From an uncultured Acidobacteriota bacterium (GTDB taxonomy: Bacteria > Acidobacteriota > Terriglobia > 20CM-2-55-15), in assembly GCA_963738025.1 (NCBI GenBank), contig CAVTWA010000020.1, positions 128,520 to 192,519 of the forward strand: 64,000 bases of DNA. Reading direction: 5' to 3'. A program made the translations under genes and the position numbers. Below, in pieces: positions 21,661 through 33,425 of the stretch. The first letter of the stretch is position 1; every line of letters starts with the position of its first letter. The notes beneath the pieces are model-generated. The model made no database searches. It saw nothing but the letters and a program-made list of their open reading frames with translations, and was not told where the DNA came from.

Positions 21661-21760
21661 ACACAGAGACACAAAGCCGCAAAGCTACAAAGAAGAGCGC
21701 AATTCAGATTTTTTTTAGATCTCTGCTCTCTTTGAGCTTTGCGCCTTTGTGCCTCTGTGT
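21661..21760. repeat. Imperfect inverted repeat (about 36-38-bp arms) in the mreB / ppiD-like divergent region
   Basis: acacagagacacaaagccgcaaagctacaaagaagagc (21661-21698) pairs with gctctctttgagctttgcgcctttgtgcctctgtgt (21725-21760). The loop contains a T8 run. Confidence 0.65.
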
Positions 21761-21805
21761 CTGGGGAATCTCTGATACCATGGATCGTTTGGAGGAGACC
21801 TGCTT

Positions 21806-23735
21806 ATGTTGGATTTAATGAGGCGCCAGCAATCGAATCTGAAATGGATCTGGGTGATCCTCATCTTTATATTCAGCGTGAGCCTTATCGCCCTGTACAT
21901 CCCCCTGGGAGATCTGCCGACCGTAAGCATAACCAGCGATGTCGCTTCCGTCGGTCATGACAGCGTCAGCGCACGCGAATTCCAGGTTGCGTATCGCAAT
22001 TACGTCGACCGCATGCGAGGCCAGATCAACCCTGAAATGCTGAAAGCATTCCGCTTTGACCGGCAGATCATGGATGCCCTGGTAACCCGTCATGTCATCA
22101 CCGAAGAAGCGAAACGACTGGGTCTGAACGTTACGCCGGCGGAAGTGGAACAGAAGATTCTCGAAAATCCTGTTTTTCGCGAAAACGGCAGCTTCATTGG
22201 AAGAGAGCGATACCAGGCGATTCTCTCTCAGAACAATCTGACGATGGAAGAATTCGAATCCAACGTCGCGAACGAAATCCTGAACGATAAGTTGAAAAGC
22301 CTTATTACCGCTGCGGTGAATGTCAGCGACAAAGACGTTGAAGAGGAATACAAACGGCGGAATGAGAAGGCGAAACTGGACTATTTCGTTGTCGACGCCG
22401 CAAAACTTGAAGGCAAAGCCACAGTTACCGATCAGGAACAACACGAGTACTACGAAAAGAACAAAGCCAAATACAGCGTTCCCGAAAAGCGAAAAGCCAA
22501 ATACATTTTCCTCGAATCACTGAAGCTGCGGCCGGAAGTCAAAGTGACTGACGACGAACTCCGCCAGTATTACGAACAGCATAAGAACGAGTACACCCTT
22601 CCGGAACGTGTGAAGGCGCAGCACATTCTTTTTAAAACTCAGGGAAAAACTCCTGAGGAGATTGAGAAAATCAAGGAGAAGGCGCGCGGCGTACTGGAAC
22701 GTGCAAAGAAGGGTGAAGATTTTGGCGCTCTCGCCAAACAGTATTCCGAAGACGCCACCGCTTCCAGCGGCGGCGATCTCGGGCGATTTCGGACGTGGCC
22801 AGATGGTCCCGGAATTCGAAAAGGTCGCATTCAGCCTTGGAGTGGGCGCCATCAGCGATCTGGTCCAGTCACAATTCGGTATTCACATTATCAAGGTGAA
22901 CTGAAAGCAGGAAGCCCGGGAACGCCCTTTCGAGGAAATGAAAGAGGCGATCCGGCCGATCGTTGAAACTCGCAAAGCGGAGCAAAAGGCAAGCGATCTT
23001 GCCCAACAAATCGCCGTTGACCTCGTCAGCAACAAGGATCTTGACGCGGTGGCGGCGAAATACCCCAACGCTCAGATCAAGGAAACGCCGCTCGTCGAAC
23101 AAGGCACAGCCATTCCGGAACTCGGCAACGCCACCGAACTCGAGCGCAAACTATTCACGATGGCGAAAGGTGAAATCGGAACCGCCGTTCAGGTCGATAG
23201 AGGATATGTTGTGCCGCAGCTCACCGACATCGCTCCGGCGCATCCGGCTTCATTCGAGGAAGCGCAACCCAAGGTTGCCGCCGATGTGAAAACTGAGAAA
23301 GCCAAGCAGCTCGCCGCCGATAAAACCAAGCAGATCGAAGACATGCTCAAGGGCGGAAAGGATCTAGCTGCTGCAGCCAAAGCCGTTGGAGCAGACGTCA
23401 AGACGAGTGAGCTGTTGACCCGTGGAGCATCGATTCAGGAGTTTGGTTCGATCGCCGAACTCGATAAGGAGATGTTCGCACTTCCTATAGGCAAGCCGGG
23501 GACCCCGATCACAGTGGCGGGCAAGACGCTGGCGTTCGATGTTAAAGAACGTCAGGAGATCAAGCCTGACGAGATGAAGAAGGCGATGGAGATGATCCGC
23601 AATGAAATAGTTCCACAACGCCGTGAAGAATACTTCAACGCCTACATTCAGGAAGTGAAGAAAAAAATGGAAACCAGCAAGCAGATCAAGATCAACGAAT
23701 CCGTCGTCAATCAGATCGCTCAACAGGTTTCATAG
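21806..23735 (+). pseudogene. PpiD/SurA-like periplasmic peptidyl-prolyl isomerase (parvulin domain), with a frameshift and an in-frame TGA as sequenced
   Basis: Frame of 21806 reads ...AQHILFKT...[14 protein letters not shown]. The parvulin core then continues in another frame ([39 protein letters not shown]), with the shift at about 22784. A TGA at 22902-22904 is followed in the same frame by KQEARERPFEEMKEAIRPIV... through to 23735. Confidence 0.85.
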
Positions 23736-23855
23736 CGCCCGAGCGAACCGACAAGCAACACAAAAGACATAGCGCGGCGACGCCGCAACCAAACAGCGGA
23801 AGTAACTTGAGACTCGAACGTAGCCGAAGTTCGTCATGTGATGTGAGGAGCGAAA

Positions 23856-24061
23856 TCCCCGCCTAAGTCAGGCGGGGGTCGCGCAGCGGCGGGGCGGTCT
23901 GTTCAACGTCTGCGCGAAGTGCGCTCCTTATAAACATTGAGCGCACCGATTAAAAAAAGGAGCGCTTCGCGGAAATCCATAAGGGGCGCGCTGTGCGCGA
24001 ACTTTGAACAGACCGCCCCGCCTTCGCTGCGCGAAGGATCCCAGCCTAATTTAGGCGGGGA
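23856..24061. mobile_element. MITE-like palindromic element, copy A (206 bp, non-coding)
   Basis: Terminal inverted repeats tccccgcctaagtcaggcgggg ... ccagcctaatttaggcgggga. Internal inverted copies of ggggcggtctgttcaa. The reverse complement aligns over about 115 nt with the element at 47790-47944. Confidence 0.7.
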
Positions 24062-24137
24062 CTGCCTTGTTACACAAGAAAACTTGCAAGTTCTTGTGCC
24101 TTTTGTGGTTTCTTGTCGTTCCTTCCTTCGCGTCCGG

Positions 24138-25064
<927 letters not shown>

Positions 25065-25206
25065 TTACATGTTCTCCACAATTGCTTTAACAAAGTTAAG
25101 AGTCTGAGGTCCGTTATGATTTCCGTCTAAGAAGAAACTGGAAATCTTACCATAATGCGTAAACCGCGCCCCATGCGGGTTATGCTATGGGGCGGCAAAA
25201 TTCCCT

Positions 25207-27459
25207 ATGGAGGGTGGAACGGACTGGATGACCAATACGAAATCGAAAATCATTTATACGCATACTGATGAGGCGCCGGCGCTGGCGACCTATTCTTTTC
25301 TTCCTATTATTCAAACCTTCGCCAAAGCATGCGACGTCGACGTCGAACTACGGGATATCTCGCTGGCAGGCCGCATCATTGCTGTATTTCCGGAAGGACT
25401 GAGAACGGAACAACAGATTCCGGATGCTTTGACGGAACTGAGTGAACTGGCAAAACGGCCGGAAGCCAATATCATCAAGCTGCCAAATATCAGCGCTTCA
25501 ATCCCTCAATTGAAAGCGGCGATCGCGGAGCTTCAGAAAAAAGGTTATGCGCTGCAAAACTATCCGGACTCTCCCGGCAACGACGCAGAGAAGGACGTTC
25601 GCGCCCGTTACGACAGAGTCAAGGGAAGCGCCGTCAATCCCGTGCTGCGCGAGGGGAACTCCGACCGGCGCGCTCCCAACTCCGTCAAGCAGTATGCCCG
25701 AAAGAATCCGCATTCCATGGGAGCATGGTCTCCCGACTCGAAGTCTCACGTCGCAAGCATGACCGGCGGAGACTTTCGCTCCAATGAGCGATCCAGGACG
25801 ATCCCACAGGAAGGAGTTTTGCGAATCGAGCTTACCGGCCAGGACGGAAAAGTCATAGTGCTGAAAGAAAAGCTGGCCGTCCTGGCTGGTGAAGTTATCG
25901 ATGCGACGGTCATGAGTGTGCGGGCCCTCACCGCATTTCTTGAAAAGGAAGTGGAGGACGCCAAACGGCAGGGCGTCCTCTTCTCGATTCATTTGAAAGC
26001 CACCATGATGAAAGTTTCGGATCCGATCATCTTCGGCCATGCCGTAAAAGTGTTCTTCAAGGATCTGTTCCGGAAGCATGGTGCGGCGCTCACAAGTGTG
26101 GGCGCCAACGCAAATAACGGAATCGCAAGCCTGATCGATGCTATCCAGGCTCTGCCGGAGACAAAACGCAAAGAGATCGAGGCCGACATTCACGCGGAAT
26201 ACGCCCGCCGCCCCGATCTTGCGATGGTGAATTCCAGTAAAGGAATTACGAACCTGCACGTTCCAAGCGATGTCATCGTCGACGCATCCATGCCCGCCAT
26301 GATTCGCATGTCCGGGCAGATGTGGAACAAGGACAACAAAGGCCAGGACGCCAAGGCCGTCATTCCGGACAGCAGTTATGCCGGTGTTTACCGCGAAACG
26401 ATCAATTTTTGTAAAGAGAATGGCGCCTTCGATCCGCGGACCATGGGCACAGTCCCCAATGTCGGACTGATGGCTCAAGCCGCTGAGGAATACGGCTCGC
26501 ACGACAAAACATTCGAAATTCCAGAAGCCGGCACCGTTCGTGTAAAGGACGGGTCAGGAATGGTTCTGCTTGAGCATCAGGTGGAAAAAGGTGACATCTG
26601 GCGGATGTGCCAGACCAAAGATGCGGCGATTCGCGACTGGGTGAAGCTTGCTGTCACCCGGGCACGCGCGACGGGAGCCCCCGCCATCTTCTGGCTTGAT
26701 GAAACACGAGCCCACGATGCGGAGTTGATAAAAAAAGTTCGGCAATATCTGCCAAGCCACGATACCAGCGGACTGCAAATCGAAATCATGGCGCCGGATA
26801 ATGCGACCCTTTTCACGCTGAAACGACTGAAGGCCGGCCAGGATACGATTTCGGTAACGGGCAACGTGCTGCGCGATTATCTGACGGATCTCTTTCCTAT
26901 CCTCGAGGTGGGGACCAGCGCGAAAATGCTTTCGATCGTTCCACTCATGAACGGTGGCGGCATGTTTGAAACAGGAGCCGGCGGCTCGGCGCCAAAGCAT
27001 GTTCAGCAGTTCGTTGCTGAAGGCCATTTGCGATGGGACTCGCTGGGCGAGTTTCTTGCACTTGCCGTGTCGCTGGAGCATTTCAGCGAAACCACAGGAA
27101 ACCGTCGCGCGAAGATTCTCGCGGACGCGCTCGATAGAGCCACCGAAAAGCTCCTGGAGACGAATAAATCACCGTCGCCGAAGACCGGAGAAACCGACAA
27201 CCGCGGAAGTCAGTTCTACCTCGCCTTGTACTGGGCGCAGGCCATGGCCGCGCAGACGCAGGATTCGGAACTGCAGTCGCGTTTCGCGCCACTCGCCCGG
27301 ACGTTGAAGGAAAACGAGGCAAAGATCATGCAAGAGATGAACGCGGTCCAGGGACGGCCCGTGGACATCGGAGGCTATTATGCGCCGATCCCGGAACTCG
27401 CATCCAAAGCGATGCGCCCGAGTGAAACATTCAATGCGGCGCTGGCGGGATTCCGCTAG
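25207..27459 (+). CDS. icd: Isocitrate dehydrogenase (NADP), monomeric type
   Basis: About 745 aa. [22 protein letters not shown] is the typical monomeric IDH N-terminus. The start may instead be the ATG at 25228. Confidence 0.95.
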   Translation: MEGGTDWMTNTKSKIIYTHTDEAPALATYSFLPIIQTFAKACDVDVELRDISLAGRIIAVFPEGLRTEQQIPDALTELSELAKRPEANIIKLPNISASIPQLKAAIAELQKKGYALQNYPDSPGNDAEKDVRARYDRVKGSAVNPVLREGNSDRRAPNSVKQYARKNPHSMGAWSPDSKSHVASMTGGDFRSNERSRTIPQEGVLRIELTGQDGKVIVLKEKLAVLAGEVIDATVMSVRALTAFLEKEVEDAKRQGVLFSIHLKATMMKVSDPIIFGHAVKVFFKDLFRKHGAALTSVGANANNGIASLIDAIQALPETKRKEIEADIHAEYARRPDLAMVNSSKGITNLHVPSDVIVDASMPAMIRMSGQMWNKDNKGQDAKAVIPDSSYAGVYRETINFCKENGAFDPRTMGTVPNVGLMAQAAEEYGSHDKTFEIPEAGTVRVKDGSGMVLLEHQVEKGDIWRMCQTKDAAIRDWVKLAVTRARATGAPAIFWLDETRAHDAELIKKVRQYLPSHDTSGLQIEIMAPDNATLFTLKRLKAGQDTISVTGNVLRDYLTDLFPILEVGTSAKMLSIVPLMNGGGMFETGAGGSAPKHVQQFVAEGHLRWDSLGEFLALAVSLEHFSETTGNRRAKILADALDRATEKLLETNKSPSPKTGETDNRGSQFYLALYWAQAMAAQTQDSELQSRFAPLARTLKENEAKIMQEMNAVQGRPVDIGGYYAPIPELASKAMRPSETFNAALAGFR

Positions 27460-27603
27460 GCCGACTGTTCACTGAACGGGAAATGGGGAAACACCGCAAG
27501 ACGCACAAGGAATTTTCGGCTCTGTGTAACAAGGCTGTAAGTTTTAGTTTTTGAACCAGTTTTTTTGGACCGAGTTGATTTTGCGTTTTCGGTGAGCTAT
27601 GCG

Positions 27604-28149
27604 CTATGGACGTTTACGGCGGTCGGCGTCAATTCTCTTCAGCCTCTCGAGTTCAGATCTTAATTGCTGAATCGCATCGTCTCGGGTCTTGGTGTCTTTG
27701 GCAAGATGATCGACCCGGGACCGAAGCGAGAGGATCAACCCCGCAGTCGGCGTAAGCGAGCTTTCGGGATACTCCTCTGCCAGTCGCTCCAGATTCGCCT
27801 TTGCACGCCCCCAGTTCACCGTTCCTTTGTCATTTAAAATGTAAGCAATACCGAGATGAAACAACGCCTGGTCGCTCTGCTCCGAGGCCGAAAGAGCCTC
27901 ATAAGTCTGTATCGCTTCGGGATAATTGCCTGAGGCGAACGCGAGTTCTGCTTGCTCGAAAAGGCTGGGGGGACTAGGTGGTATAGGCGGAAGAGAATCT
28001 GGAATGCTAAACGGTACGGCCACAGGAGTCGCAACAGGAACGACAAAAACCATGGCCGGAGGCGCCGAAACCACCACCGGTCGTATGCCTCTGTGGCAAC
28101 CGGCCAGAATAAGCACGGTGGCGAAAATTACCAGGCAGTTCAACCGCAT
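27604..28149 (-). CDS. TPR-like lipoprotein
   Basis: 181 aa with lipobox LILAGC, a TPR-like helix pair (AFASGNYPEAIQTYEAL...ALFHLGIAYIL) and a C-terminal coiled coil. Confidence 0.7.
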   Translation of the reverse strand: MRLNCLVIFATVLILAGCHRGIRPVVVSAPPAMVFVVPVATPVAVPFSIPDSLPPIPPSPPSLFEQAELAFASGNYPEAIQTYEALSASEQSDQALFHLGIAYILNDKGTVNWGRAKANLERLAEEYPESSLTPTAGLILSLRSRVDHLAKDTKTRDDAIQQLRSELERLKRIDADRRKRP

Positions 28150-28303
28150 TCGAGAAATCCCTCTTGGTCAGTCCAAATAAAGAGCCTCGCAAAAATTTTA
28201 GCCAATAGTTGCCGAATTGTGGCTATTTTTTGCGGGACGATCCGCAATTAATGGGAATGGGGAACAACTATATAGGAGAAAGCCGCGAAAATCTCCGTGT
28301 TTC

Positions 28304-30262
28304 TCAAATCCCCTCGGAATTGAGGTATGTGTATTCGTGGAAGGCTTTGCTGTACTGGTCTAAAAGCTGGACGCCGACTTTCGGCCGGATTAGCCCCTCC
28401 TTTACTTTTTGTTGGATGAGTTGCTCCATCCGACGCTGCAGATCGTTCGGGAAATACTGAACGACCGCCAGAATCTCCTGAACCGTTGTTCCCTTGATCA
28501 CTTTCTCCACGAAGTAGTTGTCCGGCTCTTCGGCATCGGCATAAACGTGAACTTCCGTTACACGCCCGAAGAGATTGTGAATGTCGCCGAGGATGTCCTG
28601 GTAGGCACCAACCAGAAAAATTCCGAGATAATAGGTATCTCCGTCGTTGATCTGGTGCACCTCGAGGGCGTTCTTCGTTCCCGCAGGAGCAATGAAACGG
28701 TCTACTTTTCCGTCGGAATCGCAGGTGAGATCGACAAGCGTTGCCAGACGCGACGGCTGTTCGTTCAGACGGTGGAGAGGCATGATCGGGAAAACCTGCC
28801 CGATCGCCCAGTAGTCCTGAATCGACTGAAAAACCGAAAAATCACAGAGATACTGGTCTGTCAGTTGTTCTCGCATCGCTACAAGATCCTTCGGCAGCTG
28901 TTCCTGATTCTTGCGCTGCATCAGCATCCGGTTGATTTCGATGCAGATCGACCAGTAGAGCTTTTCTGCAATCGATTTCTGGTCCAGGGTCAGGTATCCC
29001 AATTCGAACAACAAACCCACTTCTTGCCGCTTCTCAGCAGCATCGTGAAACGTCTCCAGTAACACCGGCAAAGATTTTCGGCGCTTATCGCCGACGGAGG
29101 CCAGCAATTTTGCGAGATCATTGACAACAGGATTATCGACGTGCTGGGGCGAAGTCACCTGATCGGCTGTTTCTCGCCGATGCGCCGCAAGGACCTCGAC
29201 AATAAGGACGGAGTGATGAGCTGTCACGGCGCGACCGCTCTCTGAAACGAGCTTGGGATGCGGAACGCCTTCCGCGTCGCAGACTTCCTTCACAGTATAG
29301 ACGATGGCGTTTGCATATTCCTGCAGTGTGTAATTGATGCCGTGCGGCGACGTCACTTCACCCGCTTCGTAATTCACGCCCAGCCCGCCACCTACATTGA
29401 GGTATTCGATTTCCAAGCCGCGTTTTCGCAAGGTCGCGTAGATGCGGCCGATTTCCTTCACCGCCTGTTTCAGATTTTGAATGTCGAGAATCTGGCTGCC
29501 GAGATGGAAGTGCAGGAGCTTCAGGCCCTGCGGAACGCCGGTGGTTGTTTTTTCATCGAGCATCCTCACGAGTTCCGAAATGGTTATTCCGAACTTGGAG
29601 GCGTCGCCGCCGGAGGCCGCCCATTTTCCCGACCCCGTAACGGAAATCTTTACGCGTACGCCAAATCTCGGCCGGACTCCCAGCTCGCCGGCCAGCGGCA
29701 ACATCAGGCGAAGTTCTGAATACTTTTCGAGAATGGGAATGATATTTTTTCCAAGCAATTGCCCGATAAGCAACAGCCTCATCATCGTCCAGTCTTTGTA
29801 GCCGTTACAAATCAGCAAAGTGTGATCGTCTTCAAGATGAGGAAGCGCCGCCACGAGTTCGGCCTTGGATCCGCATTCGAGCCCGAAATCAAACGGCCGC
29901 CCGGCCTCCAGAATTTCCTGAACCACCTCGTGCAGCTGATTCACCTTGATTGGATAGACGCCGGTGTACGCGTTCTTGTATTCGGCTTCTTCGATTGCCC
30001 TGCGGAAGGCCATGTTGAGTTCGGTGACGCGCGACCGAAGAAGGTCCTGGAAGCGTATGAGCAGGGGGAATTGAATTCTCTGCTGCTTCAAATCCTGAAC
30101 AATGCGGAAAACATCAATGCCAATCGGATCGCCGAGGATCGGCCGAACGGATAAGTGCCCGTCTTCGTTGACGTAAAAATAGGATTCGCCCCATAGCTTG
30201 ACGCGATACAGGTTTTCCGAATCCTCGACTGTCCAGACTTCTTCTTTTACTTCTTTTGTCAT
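28304..30262 (-). CDS. speA: Biosynthetic arginine decarboxylase
   Basis: SpeA-like throughout (YRVKLWGESYFYVNEDGHLSV, YPIKVNQ, HFHLGSQI, GGGLGVNY). I use the internal ATG at 30262 (MTKEVKEE...). The track ORF extends to 30331. Confidence 0.93.
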   Translation of the reverse strand: MTKEVKEEVWTVEDSENLYRVKLWGESYFYVNEDGHLSVRPILGDPIGIDVFRIVQDLKQQRIQFPLLIRFQDLLRSRVTELNMAFRRAIEEAEYKNAYTGVYPIKVNQLHEVVQEILEAGRPFDFGLECGSKAELVAALPHLEDDHTLLICNGYKDWTMMRLLLIGQLLGKNIIPILEKYSELRLMLPLAGELGVRPRFGVRVKISVTGSGKWAASGGDASKFGITISELVRMLDEKTTTGVPQGLKLLHFHLGSQILDIQNLKQAVKEIGRIYATLRKRGLEIEYLNVGGGLGVNYEAGEVTSPHGINYTLQEYANAIVYTVKEVCDAEGVPHPKLVSESGRAVTAHHSVLIVEVLAAHRRETADQVTSPQHVDNPVVNDLAKLLASVGDKRRKSLPVLLETFHDAAEKRQEVGLLFELGYLTLDQKSIAEKLYWSICIEINRMLMQRKNQEQLPKDLVAMREQLTDQYLCDFSVFQSIQDYWAIGQVFPIMPLHRLNEQPSRLATLVDLTCDSDGKVDRFIAPAGTKNALEVHQINDGDTYYLGIFLVGAYQDILGDIHNLFGRVTEVHVYADAEEPDNYFVEKVIKGTTVQEILAVVQYFPNDLQRRMEQLIQQKVKEGLIRPKVGVQLLDQYSKAFHEYTYLNSEGI

Positions 30263-30376
30263 CAGCCCAATTTTGGAGACTAGAGGAAAAGAGACGGCGT
30301 CGCAATAGCAATTCGAGAAGAGCGCCCGCAAGAAAACATGAAAATAATGTGAACGTTAATTCTTCTCTGTGTCTGG

Positions 30377-31726
30377 TCAATCTGCGAGCACTCTGTCTCG
30401 AGTTTCGACGACCCACGGCATCAGCAAAAGTCCGGCCAGCGGAACGGCACCGACCCAGAAAAGAACTCGCAATGAAGCGGCCAGAGGATCTGCAGCGCTG
30501 GAGGCAAGCCGACCGACGAGGAATGGCCCGATTGCAGCAACAATGCGCCCGGTGTTGTAACAGAAGCCTGAACCGGTAGCGCGCAGGCGCGTGGGGAAAA
30601 GCTCCGGCAGATAATAAGTGAACGAGCCGAAGACGCCGAACACGGTCAGACCTATAAAGAAGTATCCGTAGAGCCGGTCGTGCGGCGGCAGATTCAGCCC
30701 GAACGTACCCATCACGGCGAGACCCGACAACAAAAAATAGATCATGTACATCGGCTTGCGTCCGATGTGCTTGGCAAAGGGAATGGTCAGCAATGTCCCG
30801 ATCAGTCCGCCAAGATTGAAAAGATTCGTGGCGAGTTTGTTCCAGTCGAGAATCAGCTGTTGGGTAGCTAATGCCGTCAAGCCACGCAAGCCGGCTTCAG
30901 CATTCGCGAGCCCGCGTGACACGATCACGATGAACGTGTTGCTGCTCCACCAGGTGACCAGTGCTACCAGAGCCATGCCCAGACCACTCAGCGTAATCGT
31001 GCGGAACTGGGGCGAAAAAAGTTCAGCGATCGTCGGACGGGCGCTGCCGCTTGCCCTTTTCCATCGCTCCGGTTCTTTGACAAAGATGCGCACGATAAAC
31101 GCCGCTGCGGCCGGCACCAGCCCAAACAGGAAGACATACCGCCAGGCAACTTCCGGTCTGCCGGGGAAAGCCACACGCTGGATCCAGTCGGTCACATATG
31201 TGGCAAGGAAGAGCCCCATCGGTGCAGAGGTATATAGAAGCGCGCCAGCTTCGATCCGCCGACGCTCCGGTACGACTTCAGCGACCATTGATGCTCCCGC
31301 CGCCCACTCGCCGCCGATGCCCAGACTTGCGATAGCCCGGAACGCGATTAGAAATCCGATGTTCGGGGCGATGGCGCAGAGCGCGGTTCCGATCGCGTAC
31401 ATCAGCATGGTCAGCAGAAGAGTTCGCGTGCGGCCGATGCGGTCGCAAACGCGGCCGAACAATATGCCGCCCAGCGCCCAGCCAACCAAAAGCACCGAAC
31501 TGACGATACCGTTGTATTCGGTGTAAGCCGCCGTGGCCTCGCGCGAGCCAATCCTGAGGCCGAGCAATGTCGGTACGCACGTCGGCGCCACGTAATTGAA
31601 GAGCAGCCCATCGAAAATATCGAAACCCCAGCCCAGCCATGCCGCGAACAGCACGAGCCACTGGTATCCGTTCATGTCCAGGAAGGTGCGAGCTGGCGCG
31701 GAGCGTTCAAATCCCTTTGTCTGCAT
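30377..31726 (-). CDS. MFS transporter
   Basis: 449 aa, 12-TM pattern, with the motif GRVCDRIGRTRT between TM2 and TM3. Adjacent to the tannase-family esterase. Confidence 0.9.
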   Translation of the reverse strand: MQTKGFERSAPARTFLDMNGYQWLVLFAAWLGWGFDIFDGLLFNYVAPTCVPTLLGLRIGSREATAAYTEYNGIVSSVLLVGWALGGILFGRVCDRIGRTRTLLLTMLMYAIGTALCAIAPNIGFLIAFRAIASLGIGGEWAAGASMVAEVVPERRRIEAGALLYTSAPMGLFLATYVTDWIQRVAFPGRPEVAWRYVFLFGLVPAAAAFIVRIFVKEPERWKRASGSARPTIAELFSPQFRTITLSGLGMALVALVTWWSSNTFIVIVSRGLANAEAGLRGLTALATQQLILDWNKLATNLFNLGGLIGTLLTIPFAKHIGRKPMYMIYFLLSGLAVMGTFGLNLPPHDRLYGYFFIGLTVFGVFGSFTYYLPELFPTRLRATGSGFCYNTGRIVAAIGPFLVGRLASSAADPLAASLRVLFWVGAVPLAGLLLMPWVVETRDRVLAD

Positions 31727-31833
31727 GTGTAGCTTCTACACTTCGGCGCGGCGGGAAGTCAATCGGTGGGTTTGAAAACCGTGGTCTACGGTTGGTCGGC
31801 AGGGACATAAATCCCGCGCCGGCCACAAATGCG

Positions 31834-33360
31834 TCATTCCGCTCCGCAGACGAAATTCGCCGCATCGCTCGTGCTGCCGTTGCCTTTATATTTTGCAACT
31901 TGCGGATACGGGCATAGCGGACGTGTCTTATCGACCTGTCCACTCGTCGAATGCGAGGCGACAATCTGCGCCGGCTTTTTGCCTTGTTCGACCCACTGTT
32001 CGAGGACCTTGACCTTATCAAAGGTGTCCGTGCCGGGACCGCCGGCGCAATGATTCATTCCGGGAATCATGAAGAGCGCGATGGAAGCCGCCGCTTTGTC
32101 CTTACCTGCGGCGTCCAGCACATTCTGGTAGTAAATCACGCTATTCAGTGGATTCACTTGCGGGTCCGACCATCCGTGATACATCAGCAGCTTTCCGCCC
32201 CGATCAAAGAATGGCTTCAAATTCGGATCACCCGAATACATCACCCCGCCATCGGACTTCTCGGCACGCGCGATGTCGGTCGCAGGGTTCAGCTGGTGGT
32301 AGTCCCAGTTGCGATCCTGAAACACAACATTGCGCAAACCGCTCGTCGCCAGACCAATCGGTTGCGGACCACCCAGCGTCGCCCAGCCAAGTTCGGATCC
32401 CGGCATCAGATGACCTTCATACAGGACTTTCCCTGTCTTTGGATCTTTGATCGGCGAAGTCATCGCCTTCGCCGATTCCACCTGTCCCTGCGTCAGGCAA
32501 TCCGCTGCGTCGCCGGCTTTGCACAACAGCTTTGAATAGTCGAAAGTGCATTTCCCGGGATTTTCAATCACACCGTCTTTCACTCCATCCAATGCATCGC
32601 AGGCATTGAGGACGGCTTCATGAATCATCCCGTACTTACCGGGCGGAATCACATTCCCGGCATCCTTATTGACGCTAAGATTCAGCGCGGTGCGCGCCAC
32701 GTGCATGCCCATGGAATCCCAGGCCGCCGCTCCGGCGATGATGCCGTTGAAATCATCGGGGTACTTCTGCGCTGCGGCTAAACCTTGACGTCCTCCCTGA
32801 GAACATCCGTTGTAGTACGAATATTTGGCAGGCGAGCCGTAATGCGCATCGATGATGGTTTTCGACTGGACCGTCATTTCGTGAATGGAGCGGTATGCCA
32901 GATCGACCAGTTTCTCGGGATGACCAAGCGCAAAATCCGCGGTGTTGCCCACGTGGCCGGTATCGGTTCCTGCTCCCGCATATCCATCACGAAGCGCTGC
33001 AGCTAACGCCGGATACGGAATGCTGCCCGCCCAGCCGCCATTTCCAACGGCCTCGAATTTCCCGTTCCAGCCGGCCGCGGGCAGCCAGATTTCCGTTTTG
33101 ATATCGGAATCGCTGCTTGGCTCAAGCGTCGCGGTTACACGGCAGAATGCAGGCAGGTTTGCGAACGGACTTGCAGTCCCGCCACGACCTTGCGCGCCGG
33201 TCGGTGGAACGAAAGCCCCAGCCGCAACCATTTGCGCCGAATCGATCTTCGCTTTCGGCAAAGCGAGGCTGATCAGTTTCTCGCATGAAGTCGCTGCATT
33301 TGCCGGCAGCGCGTGAAAGCACATAAGAGCGATCAGAGAAAGCCACAGCTGCCGATTCAT
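31834..33360 (-). CDS. Tannase / feruloyl esterase family hydrolase, secreted
   Basis: Signal peptide MNRQLWLSLIALMCFHALPANA follows GGAGG. The nucleophile region YYNGCSQGGRQGLAAAQKYPDDFNGIIAGAAA is typical of the family. The track ORF extends to 33384. Confidence 0.9.
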   Translation of the reverse strand: MNRQLWLSLIALMCFHALPANAATSCEKLISLALPKAKIDSAQMVAAGAFVPPTGAQGRGGTASPFANLPAFCRVTATLEPSSDSDIKTEIWLPAAGWNGKFEAVGNGGWAGSIPYPALAAALRDGYAGAGTDTGHVGNTADFALGHPEKLVDLAYRSIHEMTVQSKTIIDAHYGSPAKYSYYNGCSQGGRQGLAAAQKYPDDFNGIIAGAAAWDSMGMHVARTALNLSVNKDAGNVIPPGKYGMIHEAVLNACDALDGVKDGVIENPGKCTFDYSKLLCKAGDAADCLTQGQVESAKAMTSPIKDPKTGKVLYEGHLMPGSELGWATLGGPQPIGLATSGLRNVVFQDRNWDYHQLNPATDIARAEKSDGGVMYSGDPNLKPFFDRGGKLLMYHGWSDPQVNPLNSVIYYQNVLDAAGKDKAAASIALFMIPGMNHCAGGPGTDTFDKVKVLEQWVEQGKKPAQIVASHSTSGQVDKTRPLCPYPQVAKYKGNGSTSDAANFVCGAE

Positions 33361-33425
33361 AAATCCTCCGGTGAATGGATTCAACTGCGGAGATTATAAG
33401 CCAGCCTGCGAGCCGCGCTCACTTA

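Noticed and set aside
22902-22904. In-frame TGA of the ppiD-like gene as selenocysteine
   Set aside because: I can see no convincing SECIS-like stem-loop immediately downstream. PpiD/SurA-type foldases are not known selenoproteins, and the same gene also carries a frameshift.
25498-26502. Long antisense ORFs inside well-supported genes. The cases are 25498-26502 in icd, 36752-37819 in pepA, 53800-54771 in the amidase gene, 59525-60424 in the MetE-like gene, 62857-63684 in the MBL gene, and 30744-31526 and 7093-7794 in the MFS genes
   Set aside because: All overlap strongly supported genes on the other strand and have low-complexity Arg/Ala/Ser-rich translations typical of GC-rich shadow frames.
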